Source: Lepidodermella squamata
Lineage: Eukaryota; Animalia; Gastrotricha
Assembly: GCA_047495785.1 (NCBI GenBank)
Contig: JBLDXI010000001.1
Location: 2,976,001 to 3,040,000 of the forward strand
Length of the DNA: 64,000 bases
Direction of reading: 5' to 3'
Shown: positions 26,308 through 38,854 of the stretch, piece after piece
Numbering within the stretch: the first letter of the stretch is position 1
Layout: every line of letters starts with the position of its first letter
Made by a program: the position numbers and the translations under genes
The notes under the pieces: model-generated
The model's database searches: none
What the model saw: only the letters and a program-made list of their open reading frames with translations
What the model was told of the DNA's origin: nothing

Positions 26308-26400
26308 AAAATCCGTAAAATTCGGTAAAACCGGGTAAAATACCGATAATTACCGAACCAGCTACAATCGGGGTTTTCCGGGTTTTCTTTGTTAAAATCA
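26308..26400. repeat. Dispersed ~90-bp repeat (copy 2)
   Basis: Similar to 1473-1560. Confidence 0.55.
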
Positions 26401-26517
26401 CGAAAATCGATAGTGGACAATTTTTTGGAACGAAAATTGGTTGCGAAACTTATATTGGACGCTGTAAGGCCGATTTTTTTGTACTTTATGCATTTTCCGG
26501 TATTTTGCCACCTTTTC

Positions 26518-26536
26518 TACTACTACTACTACTACT
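26518..26536. repeat. (TAC)n microsatellite
   Basis: About 6 perfect TAC units. Confidence 0.8.
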
Positions 26537-28075
26537 CCCAGATGAGCATCTCATCGTTTGAGACGTCCGTTTTTTCACGCCTTCACGTTTTTTTTGTTTG
26601 TTCTGTCTTGCGCATGTAATTTTTAGTTTTCACGTAATATTTATTCAATGAGGAGCTAACCTGTAACTGAAACGCCTATATTTTTCAATTATGCTATATT
26701 ATATAATATGTGTGAAAATGAAGAAAATAAAGGGCGGTTTATTTTGTGCATGTTTTTTTTTCGTGGGAAATTTTCAATTGCTCAGTCAAGCGTGTCTGCC
26801 CATTCAAGAAAAAACGATACATATATGCTTTCGAGTATAAATTAGCAGCGATATCATACATCAACGCCGTGTATAGTAAACAAACAACTTTTTGCACCGA
26901 TGAGTTGTCTAAAAAGCACCCGTTAAATGGTATCGACGCGCGTCAAAACAAGCAGCAACAGCCAGCAGCAAAACCGCGGATCTAAAACCGCGACAAATGG
27001 CACGTGTCAAAAGAATTACACCTCGGCTGATTGATGACTTTTTATATTTTTTTTCCACAATTTTGTAATTTTGTTTAGACAACATAACCATTTATGTCAG
27101 ATTTTATTTCGTGCTATTATTCAACAATTTTTGACATGAGCTTATAACGTGACGCCTAATTTTACTAACTCTTAAACACATAATAATGACCAGGCAGGTG
27201 GGGGCGTAGTGAATTGTTAGATAATATCACTTTTACAAGCGAAAAAACTGCGCTCATTCAGGTGCATCGGGTGCTCACTCGACCAAGGCCACTTGAAATT
27301 TTGGCGCTGATAATAATATTATATTTTCCTCTCTTATAAATCTTCTCTGTTATTTAGAGTGAACATCTTATAGTTTTGTCAAGAGAAAAATGCGCATTTT
27401 TTTCTACTACGACTACTATACAGGGTGCTTGAAAAATTCTTTTCCTTGAAAAATTATGTAATAAGCTTCAAATAATAAATAGCGGCTCATTTCATCGCCG
27501 GGTACATAAACGCGGGCACCAGGCTTAAACGTTAACTTGCTCGCTGCTCTATACCGTGTGATTTATCATTATAATGCGTACGTGCGGCAGACGACCCCGG
27601 TGATATGTGCCGGTAGAGCCGCGAGTCAGCAGTAAAGGCAACAAGAAAATAATCTCGGCTCCTTCACATGCAGTTTTTTCTATATGCGCGAGATGCCCAC
27701 AACACACACAATAAAACCGACTGACCGACGCGCTTTGTTTTTATTTTTTTTTCTTGCCGCTCGTCGACGCTCACTTGATATACTCCATATCGCGCAGTGT
27801 CAATTTACGCGCATGAATTATTAGTATTATTCCAATTGAAAAAAAAGATGTTACGGCTATTTGTTGCGTTTTTAAAGCGCCCTCTTAGGATGCGCACCCA
27901 GGGCGCGTGTCAGTCGCACCTCAATGGCATATTGGCACCTCTTAATTGAGGTGCAAATAAACAAACAAGCCGATATGTATGATGTATGATAAATTACGGT
28001 ACATCCCGCATTTGTTTTTTCCTTTTAGGAAGTAAATTATTACATAAATAAAAATATTTTTATAATTAATAAAAA

Positions 28076-31000
28076 ATGCAACAATTTAATTTGTTGCGTT
28101 TTTGTGCCTGTTTCGGCGTTATTTTTCAATTATCAACCGCGGCCTTGTTAAACGAGGCGTGCAAGTCGAATGCCGACTGCGGCCCCAGCAATTCGGTGTG
28201 TCAACCTCTCGCTCCTGCTTGCACCTCGTACGGCTCGTTTTGCCAATGCAGAACCGGCTACAAGGAGGATAATGGCCTGTGCAGAAAACGTTAGTGTCTT
28301 CGGCCTTTTTTCGCTTCAACAACAAATTTTCATAGAGTTTTATTACGATTATTGGAAGCAAAATCCCCTGATTTGGTTGGAATCATTTCGGCATCGAAAT
28401 TTTTTTCTGAAATTTTTCCAGGATTTTTTTTACGAATACACACCAGCTAAATAATCCCTATTGAAAAAGCGGGATAAATTCCTAAAATATTATATTAATT
28501 TGATGGACCTTTTCATAATTGAATTTTTTATTTGACCTATTCAATTTCAAGGATTACATATTTTCGTTCCGCTTCGGAATGGTTTTGAGCCCTTGGGATT
28601 TTCAATTTTCTCATTTTTATTTGTGTTTTTTTTAATTTTCAAAATGTCAAATTTGCGACCATGAGCGGTTTTAAATTTCACAATTATTTTTAAATATTAG
28701 AAAATTATTCGATTATTTGAAAATTATGTCCGAATCCAGGCCATCTTAATTTTCAGAATTCATTTCATCTATAGTTAAAAATTTATTAGCTGAATTATTT
28801 TGCTGGAATTTTCGATAACCTAATGATAATTTTATAAATGGTTCTTATTTTCATTTTAGTTTCATATTTCAACGAGACGTGCGGCACCCAAGCAACAATA
28901 TGCGCCAACGGCGACAGCAATCTAGTGTGCAATTCGGCTTCGGGCCGGTGCGAGTGCAACATCGGCTACCAGGCGAACACCCGGTCGCGGCCGGTCACCT
29001 GCGAGCCAAGAATCGCGCTCGGCATGGTCGGCGACGATTGCGAAATATTACCCACCGACACGTGCGGCCCGCGCACATTTTGCGACCAGGGCGTCTGCTC
29101 GTGCCAGATCGGCTTCGCGTACTCGTCCGTAGCCGATTCCTGCGTTCCGATTGGACTCGGGGAAGTTTGCGCCAATGACGGTGACTGCAAAAATGTCCCT
29201 CAAGCATTTTGTAAAACCGTCCTGCGGAAGCGTACCTGCGAGTGCCCAGATGGTTACGCCGCAGGGACTGTCACTATCGGGAAGAAAAACGTCCGGGCTT
29301 GTCTGCCCGCAAATAGTAAGAAAATCAGGCAATTAAATAAAATTTCAAAGAAATTTCATTTAATTTTTGAATTTTGAAATTTTGAAATTTCATTTTCTCT
29401 TGGATTTTTGATAGGGTCTCTCCAGACTCTCCAGGGTTTTTCAACAATTCTTCAACAATTAAGAAAATTTAAAAAATTCAGTTTAAGAAATTATCTCCTA
29501 ATTGATCCTAATTTGATAATTTTTGAGGTAAAAAAAATTCAGAATACTTAATCATTGATTTATTTCAAAATAATTAAAAATATTTCTCGCTTTAGGTGCT
29601 CCAAAGGATCTAGGTCAAACTTGCTCTGAAACTGGCGCAATTTTGCAGCGATCCTACTGTAAACAGCCCTTAGTTTGCACTCAATGCAAGCCTGATAACT
29701 CAGCCTCAGTCTGCACAGCGCCTGATATCCTACCTCCAGCTCAAATTACAACAAGGGCCCCATCTAGGGTAACAACAACTGCAGCATCGGACTACTACGA
29801 GTACGAAGACGAGCCGACAACGGCTCGGCCAACGACCAGGCGGCCTAATGTGATTACCGTTCCGGATGATAGCGCGACTAGAAAGCCTTATATTAACCTT
29901 GGAACACCCTGCAGACGAGACGGTGATTGCGTAAGAAATATTTCCGATTATTTTAACCAGAAAAAAAATATATTATTCTTCCTATAGAATGTGATATTTT
30001 CTAACTGCAAAGAGGGCGTCTGTAGGTGTCAAGAAGGCTTCAGGAATCGGAACGACTTCACCTGTATCGAGAAGTTTGATCGTATCCCACTCGGCGAGTT
30101 CTGCAATGAAACAATCGAAGCTGATTTGTGCGGCGCGACTAATTCAATGTGCTCAAATTCAACATGTGTTTGCCGACCTGGCTACAAACCAGGGCCGAAA
30201 AATGGTAAAGAATTTCGATTATTTTTAGACATTTTTTCAATGGTTTTTCTCAGATGATTGCATTGACGTTTCTCGGACGGCTGGTCATGGCGATACGTGC
30301 TCATCGTCTGACGAATGCTTCTATAACCTCGTCTGTTTCCAGTCAAAATGCGTCTGCTCAGCCGGCTACGTCCGAGTCAGTCGATTCGGATGCAGGAAAC
30401 GTAATATTTTTCTCTAAAATTTCCAGCTTTTGTAGAAATTTGAAATAAAATTGCAGTTTTACAATTTAATTTCAGAATTTTTTCAGCTAATTTTAAAATC
30501 AAAATTTTAAATTTAATTCCATTTTAATTTTAATTTTTTAATTTTTCATAATTTTTAATTTTAATAAATATTTCAAATGTTTAATTATTTTCGTGAATTT
30601 TTCTAATTCTCAATTTTTTTAAATAATGAATTTTTCTAAATTTATTTGCTATTTTTAGGTTCTCTTGAAGAATCGTGTCCGAGCACTTTGAACCTGGACT
30701 GTCGGTTTATTGAGAACGCCGTTTGCTCGAACGGCTATTGCAAGTGTCCAAACGGCTACACCCGTCAGAATGCTTACAAATGCACCGAGTTGAAGGTCAT
30801 CCAACAAGAAATCGACTGGTCAAATTTCACTGGTAATTAGCTATTATTTTTTCTATTTTTAATTATTAATTTTTCTGAAATTCAGTCGCATGTTCCAATG
30901 ATAAGGACTGTTTAACGTCGGCAGCACCCAAGCTTTCAAAATGCGTAAACAATAAATGTGACTGCCCCGTTGGCTCAAATAAGGACCTTATCAACAATAA

Positions 31001-31258
31001 ATGCAACTACGCCATTGCGAACAGAGGTAAATTTTCATTAAATTCGAATTATTTTCTTAATTTCTTCTACGGTTTCTACTAGATAATGGATTCGGCTGCA
31101 CTTACGACTCCGATTGCCCGGCCGGCTCTAAATGCACTCAAAACACCTGCGGTGGAAAAGCGCTAATAGCCGGCTCCGAGTCTCGATTATCGCCGAATTT
31201 CGCGAGAATTTCTATAATTGCTTCAGTAATAGCGTTTCTATTAGCCTTTTCGTTGTGA
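28076..31258 (+). CDS. EB-module-like Cys-rich protein, paralog 4 (8 exons, probable GPI anchor)
   Basis: Exons 28076-28289, 28860-29315, 29596-29930, 29988-30204, 30254-30400, 30659-30832, 30886-31026, 31083-31258. Signal peptide; same module order as paralog 1; TTARP/DYYEY linker; ends ISIIASVIAFLLAFSL*. Confidence 0.85.
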
Positions 31259-31611
31259 GCACTGACTCAGTGCCTTCTATCCACGTCAATATAGTCGCAT
31301 TTTTTGAAAATTCAAAATAATTATAAAAACTCCCAAAATAACTAATGTTTGTATCAATTAAACGTGACATAATTTTCCCCGCCGCGCTGTTAATTACTGC
31401 CAAAAAGAGATGTCGTTAAGATAAGACAAAATATGAAAACAAATTTAATGTGTTTGTTACAACTTTTTTCTAATGACCACCGCGCGGGCTTTGTGCTGAT
31501 GATAATGAAGAGCTTCAACGCGCACGGACTTTCCGCTTTGAAATGATGAGAACGAAATCTCTGTGCGATGTGTTCATTATTCCAAGTCTATTACATTCTT
31601 CTGACAATACG

Positions 31612-31629
31612 TATATATATATATATATA
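31612..31629. repeat. (TA)n microsatellite
   Basis: About 9 TA units. Confidence 0.75.
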
Positions 31630-32250
31630 GAAAAAAATCTTGAAAATGAGAGAATGACTTCCGGCATAATGATATATACTGTTGATGTTTTTTTACGTCC
31701 TATTTGTAAATAATTATTATTATATTGAAAATTCTGATGATGATTGATGAAAGGAGCTTTTATCACCTTGTAACTATATCATACGTGTCAAATGATCAAG
31801 TTGAGGATGAGTAAAAGCAACGTTTTTCAATCTTTATAGATTATTTGCTGTATCAATCAAATTCCCATGCAAGATGAAGCGAGAAAATTAATGGAGTTTC
31901 TGAGAATTAAATGTTGAATTTTTGGCTGAAAGCTGAAAAAGCTAATCGTGGAAAGTCGGCCGATAGATGGAAGGTTCTGGGAATTTCATTTTTGCACGAG
32001 TGGCCTATTTGTATGATGTATCAAATATCGGTGAGTGACGTCGAAGAAACTCTGTCATAGCCCAAATTATTTCAGGCAGACTCGAATTTCTCCTAATTGG
32101 CTCTCAATTCGTGCTAAACATTCAATTTTAGCAAAGGTCGAGCACGTTAATGATATTATTCCTGGGTTATGGACCTTTCAGCTCAGGAATTTATGTCTTG
32201 AACTAAACTTTTTTACCCACCGACACTCAGTGCTAACGACGAATTCCAAG

Positions 32251-34666
32251 ATGTTACAATTTTCGAGAATTATTTGGTTGGTTTTGTTTCCTAGCTTGGT
32301 AGAATCCGATAATGGGCCAATAGTACTCAAATCTTCTGGCAATGGACGTCGGCAAGAAATCAAAATTCCTGTTATCACCAACTTGGGTAGGTTATTATTT
32401 TTCACCAGATTTTAGTATGTAATATCAAAAATTAAATAATTCCAATACAGACGGCATTGATGGACTCGGCCCTTTTGAGACTGAGGGGGTTCAGATTGCT
32501 CTAGATGGGATTAGAAATTCGACTAATCTGTTGAAAGACTACGACTTGACCATCGAGCTATTCGATGATTCGTGCGATTCAGCCGTGGGCATTGAGCTTG
32601 CTCTCAAAATTCTAAATGACGAAGAAAGCAATTATTTCCCCATTATCATCGGCCCCAACTGTCCTGCTTGGTTGTACACCGGCCAGGTTCTGCCTTTTTA
32701 CAACTTTGTCGGCGCTTCGACGTGGGTCGGAAGTGTGGGAACGTCTTTCTTCGGCTTACTAAACGCATTCCCAATGGTCTATGAAGCTTTACCGCATTTC
32801 ATAGCTTACAACAAATGGAATCGCGTGTTTCTCATTACCGAACTTCTTACTAGTTGGTTGGGATTGGAGTCTTTCTTGCAAGAAAGCTCTGAAAACCTGA
32901 ATATCACTCTTTCAGCCGTAGTCAAGGTTGAATATGTTGGAACATCTCTTCCTAGCTTTGAGTCCTTTGAATCATCGGTTAAAGAGCTCGCGTCTTATGA
33001 TCCACGAATAATCATAGTGAATTCAAATTTCCCGGGGGCTATGGCTTGTGAATTTTACAAGCAGGGCCTGTACGGACCGCATTATGTCCTCCTGCTTGTT
33101 GGCTTTGCATATTTTACCCCGGAGGTCGAATTTAGGCCGCCTTGGTGCAAAGAGGAGATGATACTTGAAGTTCTGGAGTCAGTCTTCTACTTCTCCTACG
33201 GTAAGAAACTCGACATCGAGCCCGACGAGGAAGATGTCGTGGGATTGACTGGTCGTCGATTTGATGAGCTATTGCGAGCAAGGTCTTCCTCCAGTGAGCA
33301 CAGGTCTATTTGGTTTTTCTTTCGGGATTTCCCTTACACTGAAGTTCTTGCGACGGCTGTGGTTCTAAACCAAACAGATCAAGACCTAAGGAGCAAAGGA
33401 GCCGGCAACCTTTCGGAATGGACGACATCTGGGGGACAATTCAAAGCTAACGGAAGCTTTATCGCCAATATTCTATCTGATAATTTTCTCAATTTACGAA
33501 TGAAGAGCTTCACATTAGACGACAGAGAGCCAATATCTAGCCTGAGTGGTATCACCGCCTTTTATCAAGTCCGAGTGTTTGACAATGAAATTCGGACGAT
33601 CCCAGTTGCCAAAGCTGACTCAACTTTCAGCCCGTCCCGGTTTACTGGAGGTCCCGGTCTCATCAAATGGCGAACTCTAGACGGATTAGCGCCGTCGGAT
33701 AGCGTTAAAGTAGTCCAGAGTCGAAGACCAATATTGAGTAATCCATCCAACATTACGTTTGTCATACTTGCTGGGGCTTTACTGGTGGTAATTTGCTTGG
33801 CTGTTATCCTTTACATGAGAAATCAGAGCTCCGAGACGATTAAGAAAACATTCCCGAAAATGAATTACGGCATTTTGGCGGGTAATTTATTCATAGTAAG
33901 CTCCATTTTCATTCTTCCACGTGAGCTGGCTGAGGACCCGAGTGTTCGATGCATGGCTGCATCTTTCACTATTCTTATCGGATATTCCTTAATCTCATGC
34001 TGTCTCCTTGCTAAGTTGCATGTTGCACTCAAGGTTTGCCTGAAAGCAGAGAGCAGAAGATCAACCCCGGCAAGAGGCTTAAGAATACAATCGATTGATA
34101 TCAGGAATCTGGAGAGATCGACATCAACGTCTCTAATCGCCGCTCTTGCATTCTGCTGTTTCCAAGTCGTCATCATGGCCATTTGGTTCGGCATAGAGCC
34201 TATGGAGAGTTATGCTTACCTAGTGAAGGAAGAAACAATTCACGCAAGTCTTATCAATCAGCAAATCAAAATATCCTGCCGACTGTCCACTAGATCAATT
34301 CTTTCCCTCGGATTTGTCGCATACTTTGGCGCCAGCTTTGCTCTTCTTTACTTGCGAACCCTTTTTAGCCTCTTTTCTTTGAGAAAAGCAGCAGTCATCA
34401 GCGTTGTGGATTTGACTTCAACTCGTGCTGTATCTTACACTATGGGAATAGCTGTTCTCGCCGGTTCCGCTGTTATTGTTATGTTAATTGTATCAAGCAA
34501 CGACCCAGGCGATTTCATGCTAGCCGTTGTCATAGTATTGGAAGTCATCGCAGCCCTCCTGTTTGCGATTCTATATGCTCCAAAGGTAAGCATTGATTAC
34601 AAATCCTCGAGCCACTCTGTTCTCAAACATCACTACATGCAGATTCGCAGGGGCTGGCTGCTGTAA
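32251..34666 (+). CDS. Class C GPCR, GABA-B-receptor-like (paralog A)
   Basis: Exons 32251-32386, 32451-34585, 34643-34666. Signal peptide; Venus-flytrap motifs (LLKDYDL..DDSCD, IIGPNC, RIIIVN, ACEFYKQGLYGPHYV); no Cys-rich domain; 7 hydrophobic helices with TM3 C..GYSL..LLAK, TM4 ..WFGIEP, TM7 ..YAPK; ends IRRGWLL*. Confidence 0.85.
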
Positions 34667-35405
34667 AAAAGATTGCGCCTTCACGTGATGGGTAGAGTAT
34701 TCGATATCCACGTGCTTGACGTTGGACAAATCACATGAACTGAGTTGTAGTGCTCAACAGCTAATTTTGTATAGGCATATTATAATCCGGCTTTGCTGGA
34801 TCAAAATTCAAAATGTGCAAAACTTTGTCACTTTGTCGTCGTTTTCATCATCAACATTCCTTGGAAGGGGGAATAGGTCGTTAGAGTAGCTTAAGCGCAG
34901 TGAACAGGGATGCGATGAAGTAATGGCGGCTTACTTTTCGGAATCTTTTTCTCCTAGTGCCAATACTTTTCCTTGTTTGCCTGTTTTTCATTCTGTGATA
35001 AGTAGGGCCGCGAAGCCACATCTTGTCGAGTCTAGGATCACGAGAATGCCGAGCAGGGCATCCACTAATTATATGAGTTAATTAGTGGAAAATCCCTTCC
35101 AAATCTTGGCAAGATCTTAACCGATCTTTCCAAGATTCATTTATGACCCGAGGAAGATCTTGTACAGATATACTAAGATTTTCTTTCCATAATTTGTACA
35201 AAAGCTCATGGCTGATCATTCGAAAGCTATGCTCGTTTCCCCGGATTTTCTCCTAATTATTATTATTACGTGCTCTTATATATCGCCGCCCCATTTGATT
35301 GCTTTCAGTCATTTTATTCCTTTACGTCATTTCAAGTGACAACAATGAGACTGCTGTGAGTTTGCATCAGCAAAATGAATTGCATATCAAACATCAATAG
35401 TATTA

Positions 35406-37146
35406 CCGTAATCCGGTACAATTTTGAACACTCTCGTCCACGCAAACTACGATTTGCCCTGTACGCATTAAATAAGCTTTTTCCATGCGGTTTTCGATGT
35501 ATCCTGATCGGGGTTGGGTCAAGGATCATCCCCGTATTTTCAAATCTTCGAAATTCTCTTGCGTTAGCATTCTGGAAGGGGTACCCCAAAAGTACAATTT
35601 TGAACAGCTAGGTACAATTTTGAACACTAAGAATTTAGCATCAAAATTAAAAATAAAAATCCACCTAAATTTGCGCGCTAACAAATTTAAATTTTTATTT
35701 AATCGATGATCGGCGCTCTTGCTGCGAATTTTTTTGCGATCCTTGCAAATTTGCTACACCAATGGTTCGAACGGCGAAGAAAAAAACCAGGCTATATAGT
35801 GACGAAGACATGACTGAAGCGGTGATGATGGTTAAATCTGGAATGAAGTCGTTTCGAATGGTTTATCGCGAGCACGTCGAGAAATGGGGGATTTCGATTG
35901 GAACCTTCCACAATCGGGTCCATCAGGCCCATGATGGTACCGTTGGTCATCCGACAGCTTTGTCAGTAGAAGAAGAACAGCACATCACACGGCTCGTTAG
36001 GGCTACTCAAGGCTGGGCAATTCCACTAACTAAGGACGAGATAATGGATATTGGTTCTCAAATTGCATCCGCCAAATTGAGTGATGACTGGTTTAATGCT
36101 TATGTCGAGCGAAATAATTTGTCCCTAAGAACTCCTTCAAACAAAGCCGTGTACCACCGCAGCAAACCTGAAATCATTAAAGATTGGCTCAAGCTTCTTG
36201 AAGAAGCCATACCTGCGGATACTCCGTCGAAAAACATAAAAAATCTCGATGAGAGCGGTTTTGTTTTGGGCCTCGGCTCAAAATAGAAGGTCTTGGTTTG
36301 TCGAGGTGCCCAATACGTCAGGCAGATGGCGCCTGGTTCTGAGAAGGCGATGGTTACTGTGGTTTTTGGCGGGGACATGGCTGGAAATGCGGCGCCGCCA
36401 GTAGTCGTATACAAGTGGGGAAACAGTGACACGACAGTGAATTTCGACTGCGGCCGCTAGGATCGCCGCCGAAGTTGCGGCTAAGAAGAAGCGGCTCTCG
36501 AAAGATTAAAATTCGACGTTTTACTTTACAGCTCTTAATAAATAAATCCACATTATGCATGAAACCCACATTCGCAGTTAATACGCTAAAGAGCACTTTG
36601 GCGTTAGGAGATGACTTCAAAGCTCTGTTTTTGTTCAATTTTTCAAGTTCTCTTGTCCCAAAAATTTTTTTTAGCTTCTTGGAACAGTAAAGTTAGAAGT
36701 TTCTATCATGCGCTAAAATTCAGAAAAGTCCTCCTAAATGGGTGTTCAAAATTGTACTGCTGTTCAAAATTGTACCAACAATTGTTCAAAATTGTACCGC
36801 CTACCCTCTCAACTTTGCATGCATGCCACACGATAACCACTCTATAGAAGTTTGAGCGCTTTTGGGAGCAACATTAACTAATCAGAAACTTCATTTTTGT
36901 CGCTTGTCGCATCTCTGTAGCTACCTCCGTAAAAGCAGGGCAACGCTTCAAAGTTTGCTATTTTCGTGGTTTTTTCGGGATTTTTTATAAAATCAACCGT
37001 GAGGACTGGGTTGGTGAAAGTTTGCGTACCTACATAACTCATTGAGATCTATTCCCAGAAAAATCAGCAAGTTCGCAACCCTCACAGTTTGGGAGATGCG
37101 CGTGGTGTTCAAATTAGTACCTGTTCAAAATTGTACCGGAGTACGG
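35406..37146 (+). mobile_element. pogo/Tigger/Fot1-like (Tc1-mariner superfamily) DNA transposon, defective
   Basis: 25-bp TIRs CCGTA(A/C)TCCGGTACAATTTTGAACA with one mismatch; TA TSD at 35404-05 and 37147-48; extra internal GTACAATTTTGAACA copies near 35592 and 35612, inverted near 36743, 36761 and 36784. Confidence 0.92.
35762..36460 (+). pseudogene. Disrupted pogo-family transposase (psq-type HTH, CENP-B HTH, start of DDE_1)
   Basis: YSDEDMTEAV..G..FR..WGISIGTFHNRV; LSVEEE..L..W.IPLT..SDDWFNAYVERN; NLDESG (first catalytic D). An in-frame TAG at 36284-36286 is followed by the same frame KVLV..VTVVFGGDMAG..PPVVVYK; the rest of the DDE domain is missing. Confidence 0.85.
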
Positions 37147-37241
37147 TAAATATTCATCAAGGTATTAAATTATCACGGCGGCTGATTTATAAATATCTAA
37201 CAATTAAGCACATCGGCAGAATTTGGATCGAGTGTATCACA

Positions 37242-38854
37242 TTATTTTGGTATCACAGCTTGGATTTCACCAAATTTACCCGAATATGACCAGTCAGGCG
37301 ACTCCTTTTGAAGGCGAGTGACAACTTCAGGCGTTAGACCGAAGCCAACCTCGCATCTAAGCGTGCGGGCGAAACATATGGCAGTGCTTCCGTTGCCGTC
37401 ACATCCAAACAGTTTCAGTAGAGGGGCAATAGCCTTAGTCAACGGAGTGACCGGATCCCACTTTAAATCAGCAAACATTTTACGCGCATTGAGATCGCCT
37501 TTAAATAGGATGAGGCTGGAAGTTTTCAATTCCGCAAACAAATCAGGGGCTTTCTCTTCTAATTGCCAGTAGTGAAATGGAAGAGTCCAGAATTGGTGTG
37601 CTTGGACAAGTAGACGGCCGGACGCGATATTATCTTGCAGTCTTTTCACCAGCTCGCTACCTGACGGTTTCTCTAAAAGAATAACAAGAGGATAGGAGAA
37701 TGTATAGAAGAAGTGCTCGCGGCCTTACTTGACATCCAGTCAAGCGTGAAATCGAAATCTTCAATCGTGGCGTCAGAAACAAACCACGGAAACGACTTGC
37801 AATGTAGGACGATAGGCGAAAATAAGAAATTCCCACTTTCATCTCGCTGGTGCAGCAACCAGTCCGTAATCAGAAGATCGTTGACCAATTCGTAGCCCGA
37901 GTTATCAAGAACCTGATGGGGCAAATTTTGCGAGAATAGAGCCTTAATCAAAGTCTGGTAGCAATATTACAATATCAATACGGTGCGCGCATTTATCTCT
38001 CCGTTCGCTGAGCCACTTCCAAACGGCGACTGAATGATCCACCAGTATCCAAGGTTTCAATTGACGTATTTCCTCATCTGGTGTGACGTGCGGCGTAGAT
38101 GCGACCGGTTGGTTCCAGCCTTACATTAAGACTCATATTAGGGCAGGCATGTTGTTAACTTATTTGTAAACTCACCCGACAAAGACAAGTCGCACCGGTT
38201 ACCCCATAACGACAATTGCAGCAGAACGTCGAAATCCTCACTCTTCGCCGAGTGTTTCCCGTTATCAAACATTTTATCCTGGTACCAAACTATCAATGCG
38301 TCAAGCGCCTGTTGCCAAGCAATCAGGCTGTACAGCTTTGCTTCGCCAAACGGGTCGATATATGCTATCGATATCTGGTGAATTCGAAAGGCCTCATGAA
38401 CAGCTCTGTACATGAAGCACTCAACCTCCAACCATGGCGCAGTAAGCCACCTAAAATCTATGTTAGTCCCAATCGCAGTCGAGCATGAAATAAACCTACG
38501 AGTACGAGGGGTTTTCTCGCAGCTTCGATTCGAGCCATTCATTCCAAATGTTAACATCAGACGTGCCATCATCCGAACTAAGCGTCTGCAATGGTTTGCC
38601 AGCGATAATTTCTTCGCCTAGCTGCGACATCTTTGAGATGGCGCTATTACGTTGAGCAATGCTATTCACAGCGTTTCTCCGGTAGAGGGAGTCAATGGTA
38701 TTCGTTAAAATTAGAGGCATGCGTTCTTTTATCATTTTGTATGCGAATGACCTAAATCAATCAATTAAGATTACAAAGATTCGAAATTTTCATTGTCATC
38801 CTACCCGACAAACTTCCCAGACTGCGGTTCCGGAATAGATTCCTTGGACGCCAT
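37242..38854 (-). CDS. ARMT1: Damage-control phosphatase ARMT1 / DUF89 subfamily III (C6orf211 homolog), multi-exon
   Basis: MASKESIPEPQSGKFVG|SFAYKMIKERMPLILT; WLTAPWLEVECFMYR; DPF..K; LWGNRCDLS; VLDNSGYELVNDL; HCKSFPWFVSDAT; FWT; FKGDLN.RK; RTL.CE; W..SGKFG.IQ. Confidence 0.92.

Noticed and set aside
30420-30650. Extremely AT-rich stretch
   Set aside because: Low-complexity intron of EB paralog 4 with no periodic unit.
35061-35089. Hairpin tccactaatta-N7-taattagtgga
   Set aside because: Short, AT-rich and without a TSD; cannot be assigned.
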